A stretch of 64,000 nt of DNA. It comes from Nemertoderma westbladi. Taxonomy: Eukaryota; Animalia; Xenacoelomorpha. Both the position numbers and the translations under genes were made by a program. The stretch lies in NCBI GenBank assembly GCA_032718475.1, contig JAUCBJ010009143.1:1-64000 (forward strand), written 5' to 3'. Below the pieces are notes generated by a model, which was not told the DNA's origin, made no database searches, and saw only the letters and a list, made by a program, of their open reading frames with translations. Positions 62,157-64,000 of this stretch are shown one piece after another (position 1 is the first letter of the stretch; each line of letters starts with the position of its first letter).

Positions 62157-63998
62157 CTAATTCTGTTTTGAGGCAGGAGACAAATTATAATCTCCCATCT
62201 CGATACGTGTCTCCTCTAATAACACAATATCTTGGACCGGTCGGTCCAAGGTGTGTAAACCATTAGTTTTACACTTTTTTGGGTGCGGACACTTGCACCT
62301 AATTTTCACAGTGACTGTGCGCACTATGTTTTGCACGTCTGGGTGTGTATGCAAGATCACACCTGTCTCCCAATACTTTCTCTTGACAATCGGCTCGGTT
62401 ATCAGTACGTAGTCTCCTCTTTGGAGACTCCGAACCGTTTTGTACCACTTTGTTCTGGTAGATATGGTGGGAAGATCGTATTCCCGCCAATATTCCCAGA
62501 ATGTGTACGCCACAAATTGAGTCATTTTCCAGCTTTTACGACTATATAGGTCGGCACTAACGGGTTCTGATGCCGGCACAAGAAATGCTGGACTCTGCAT
62601 TAGCAAATGATTCGGCGTTAATGCAACACCGTCTGGCAACATAGCTATCGGCCTCGAGTTTAGTGTATGCTCGATTTCAATGAAAGCTGTGACCAGTTCG
62701 TCGTCGGTAAGTTGTTTGTTCACAGGCAATGTTTTGGCAATGGCCTGCTTTACAGAGCGAACTAAACGCTCCCAACTTCCTCCTCTCCAAGGACTTTCTG
62801 GAGTATTAAATCTCCATTCTACTCGTTGCGGCAAAAGTGCTGCAGAAATTTCTTTATTCTGTGCCGCTTTATGAGCCGCGTTCAACTCGCAATTCCCTCC
62901 GACAAAGTTTGTACCCTTATCGGAGTAGAACGCCTTTACTAGTCCTCCCCTGGCCATAAATCTCTTCAAGGCCAGGAGCAGAGATTTGGCCGACATGTCT
63001 GCCACACGCTCAATGTGTATGGCTCTACTAGCCATGCATGTCAGTAGCAGGCCCCATCGCTTGTGGGTCAGCCGTCCACTCTTTGCCTCAATCGGACCAA
63101 AACAATCCACCCCTGTGTTCGTAAAGGGTGGGTCATATGCCTGCACTCTCGCTTCCGGGAGTTCAGCCATCTCCTGTTCCAATACTCTGGCGTTCACTCT
63201 CTTGCAAACCAGACAGGCGTCATACATAGTGCCGACTGCCCTGCTTGGCTGCAATAGAATGAATCGCTGTCTCGCTGCCGACAAACAGTGTAACCTTCCC
63301 TCGTGATGCAACCTCTTGTGTATATCCCATAGAATCGCTCTTTGCAATTCTATTGGGTGACTAGGGATTATCACTGGGAACCTAAACTGTGAGTTTATGT
63401 CGACAGTCTGGATTCTCGATCTATGACAAATTAAACCCTTATGGATTAATGGACTCCATTTTCTAAGGGGTTTATAGAGAACTGGTCGTTGAGCCGATAA
63501 TAGATGGAATTCTTTAGGGAAGGCACACATTTGATAATGCTTCAAATGCTTTAATTCCGCTTGATCAATCTCATCCTCTGTCAGAGGTTGTTTCAATTTC
63601 TGAATTCGCTCACTATTGGTGCTCAATGGTTCTCTCAAATGTTTCGAATGTTTTAAACAAAGGTACAAAATGTATCGGCTTAACCACGCAGTTCTTTTAC
63701 AAATTGTCAGCCAAGAGGCAGACGAATTTAGTAATTTGTCATAAACACTACATGGTTCTAATGCCAGCGACGGTTGTCCGCTAATTAATGGAAGTTTCGA
63801 ATCCAAACCCGCAGGTTTGGGAACCAAAGGATCCATTGTGTCGGTCATTTTTTGTCCGTCACTTACCAACTGTGACTCTGGTTTAGTCTGTAAGGGTGGT
63901 TTTACGTCATAACTTACCCTTCCGGACCTAGTAGTCACGTAAGTCTGTTGGTCTGACAGGTCTCCGGGCCGCTCCAATGACTCTTCAGGCCGCTCCAA
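62157..63998 (-). CDS. Integrase-containing C-terminus of B Pol (partial)
   Basis: HHCC-like zinc motif, GVDCFGP, SDKGTNF and WERL; nearly the same protein as the end of A Pol. Confidence 0.95.
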   Translation of the reverse strand: MERPEESLERPGDLSDQQTYVTTRSGRVSYDVKPPLQTKPESQLVSDGQKMTDTMDPLVPKPAGLDSKLPLISGQPSLALEPCSVYDKLLNSSASWLTICKRTAWLSRYILYLCLKHSKHLREPLSTNSERIQKLKQPLTEDEIDQAELKHLKHYQMCAFPKEFHLLSAQRPVLYKPLRKWSPLIHKGLICHRSRIQTVDINSQFRFPVIIPSHPIELQRAILWDIHKRLHHEGRLHCLSAARQRFILLQPSRAVGTMYDACLVCKRVNARVLEQEMAELPEARVQAYDPPFTNTGVDCFGPIEAKSGRLTHKRWGLLLTCMASRAIHIERVADMSAKSLLLALKRFMARGGLVKAFYSDKGTNFVGGNCELNAAHKAAQNKEISAALLPQRVEWRFNTPESPWRGGSWERLVRSVKQAIAKTLPVNKQLTDDELVTAFIEIEHTLNSRPIAMLPDGVALTPNHLLMQSPAFLVPASEPVSADLYSRKSWKMTQFVAYTFWEYWREYDLPTISTRTKWYKTVRSLQRGDYVLITEPIVKRKYWETGVILHTHPDVQNIVRTVTVKIRCKCPHPKKCKTNGLHTLDRPVQDIVLLEETRIEMGDYNLSPASKQN

Positions 63999-64000
63999 TG

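Larger units (their letters stand above)
56431..64000 (-). mobile_element. Bel/Pao element B (A family), 3' part; continues beyond the window
   Basis: 61400-64000 is highly similar to 2930-5550; the accessory ORF is intact. Confidence 0.93.

Overview
Eukaryotic (invertebrate-like), gene-free transposon nest. It holds four Bel/Pao LTR retrotransposons: A (<1-14798, -), C (20996-52862, -, TSD GTTTA), D (28947-43234, +, TSD TTCCG, nested in the RNase H of C) and B (~53971/56431->64000, -, close relative of A). Also present are a CR1/L2-like LINE split by C (19100-20995 + 52863-~53950), a 63-bp satellite, a 109-bp perfect inverted repeat and a DINE/Helentron-like element. Two features stand out. 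(1) Each element carries, after integrase, a second non-env ORF with a DEDD-like (WRN/RNase D-type) 3'-5' exonuclease and three CCHC zinc knuckles (intact in B, damaged in A, C, D). (2) None of the three visible 5' LTRs is followed by a TGG tRNA primer-binding site; the 9-12 nt directly abutting each 5' LTR are instead complementary to a site inside the element's own LTR. This suggests tRNA-independent self-priming, possibly with the exonuclease maturing the primer (hypothesis). All comparisons were made by eye; no database searches were run.
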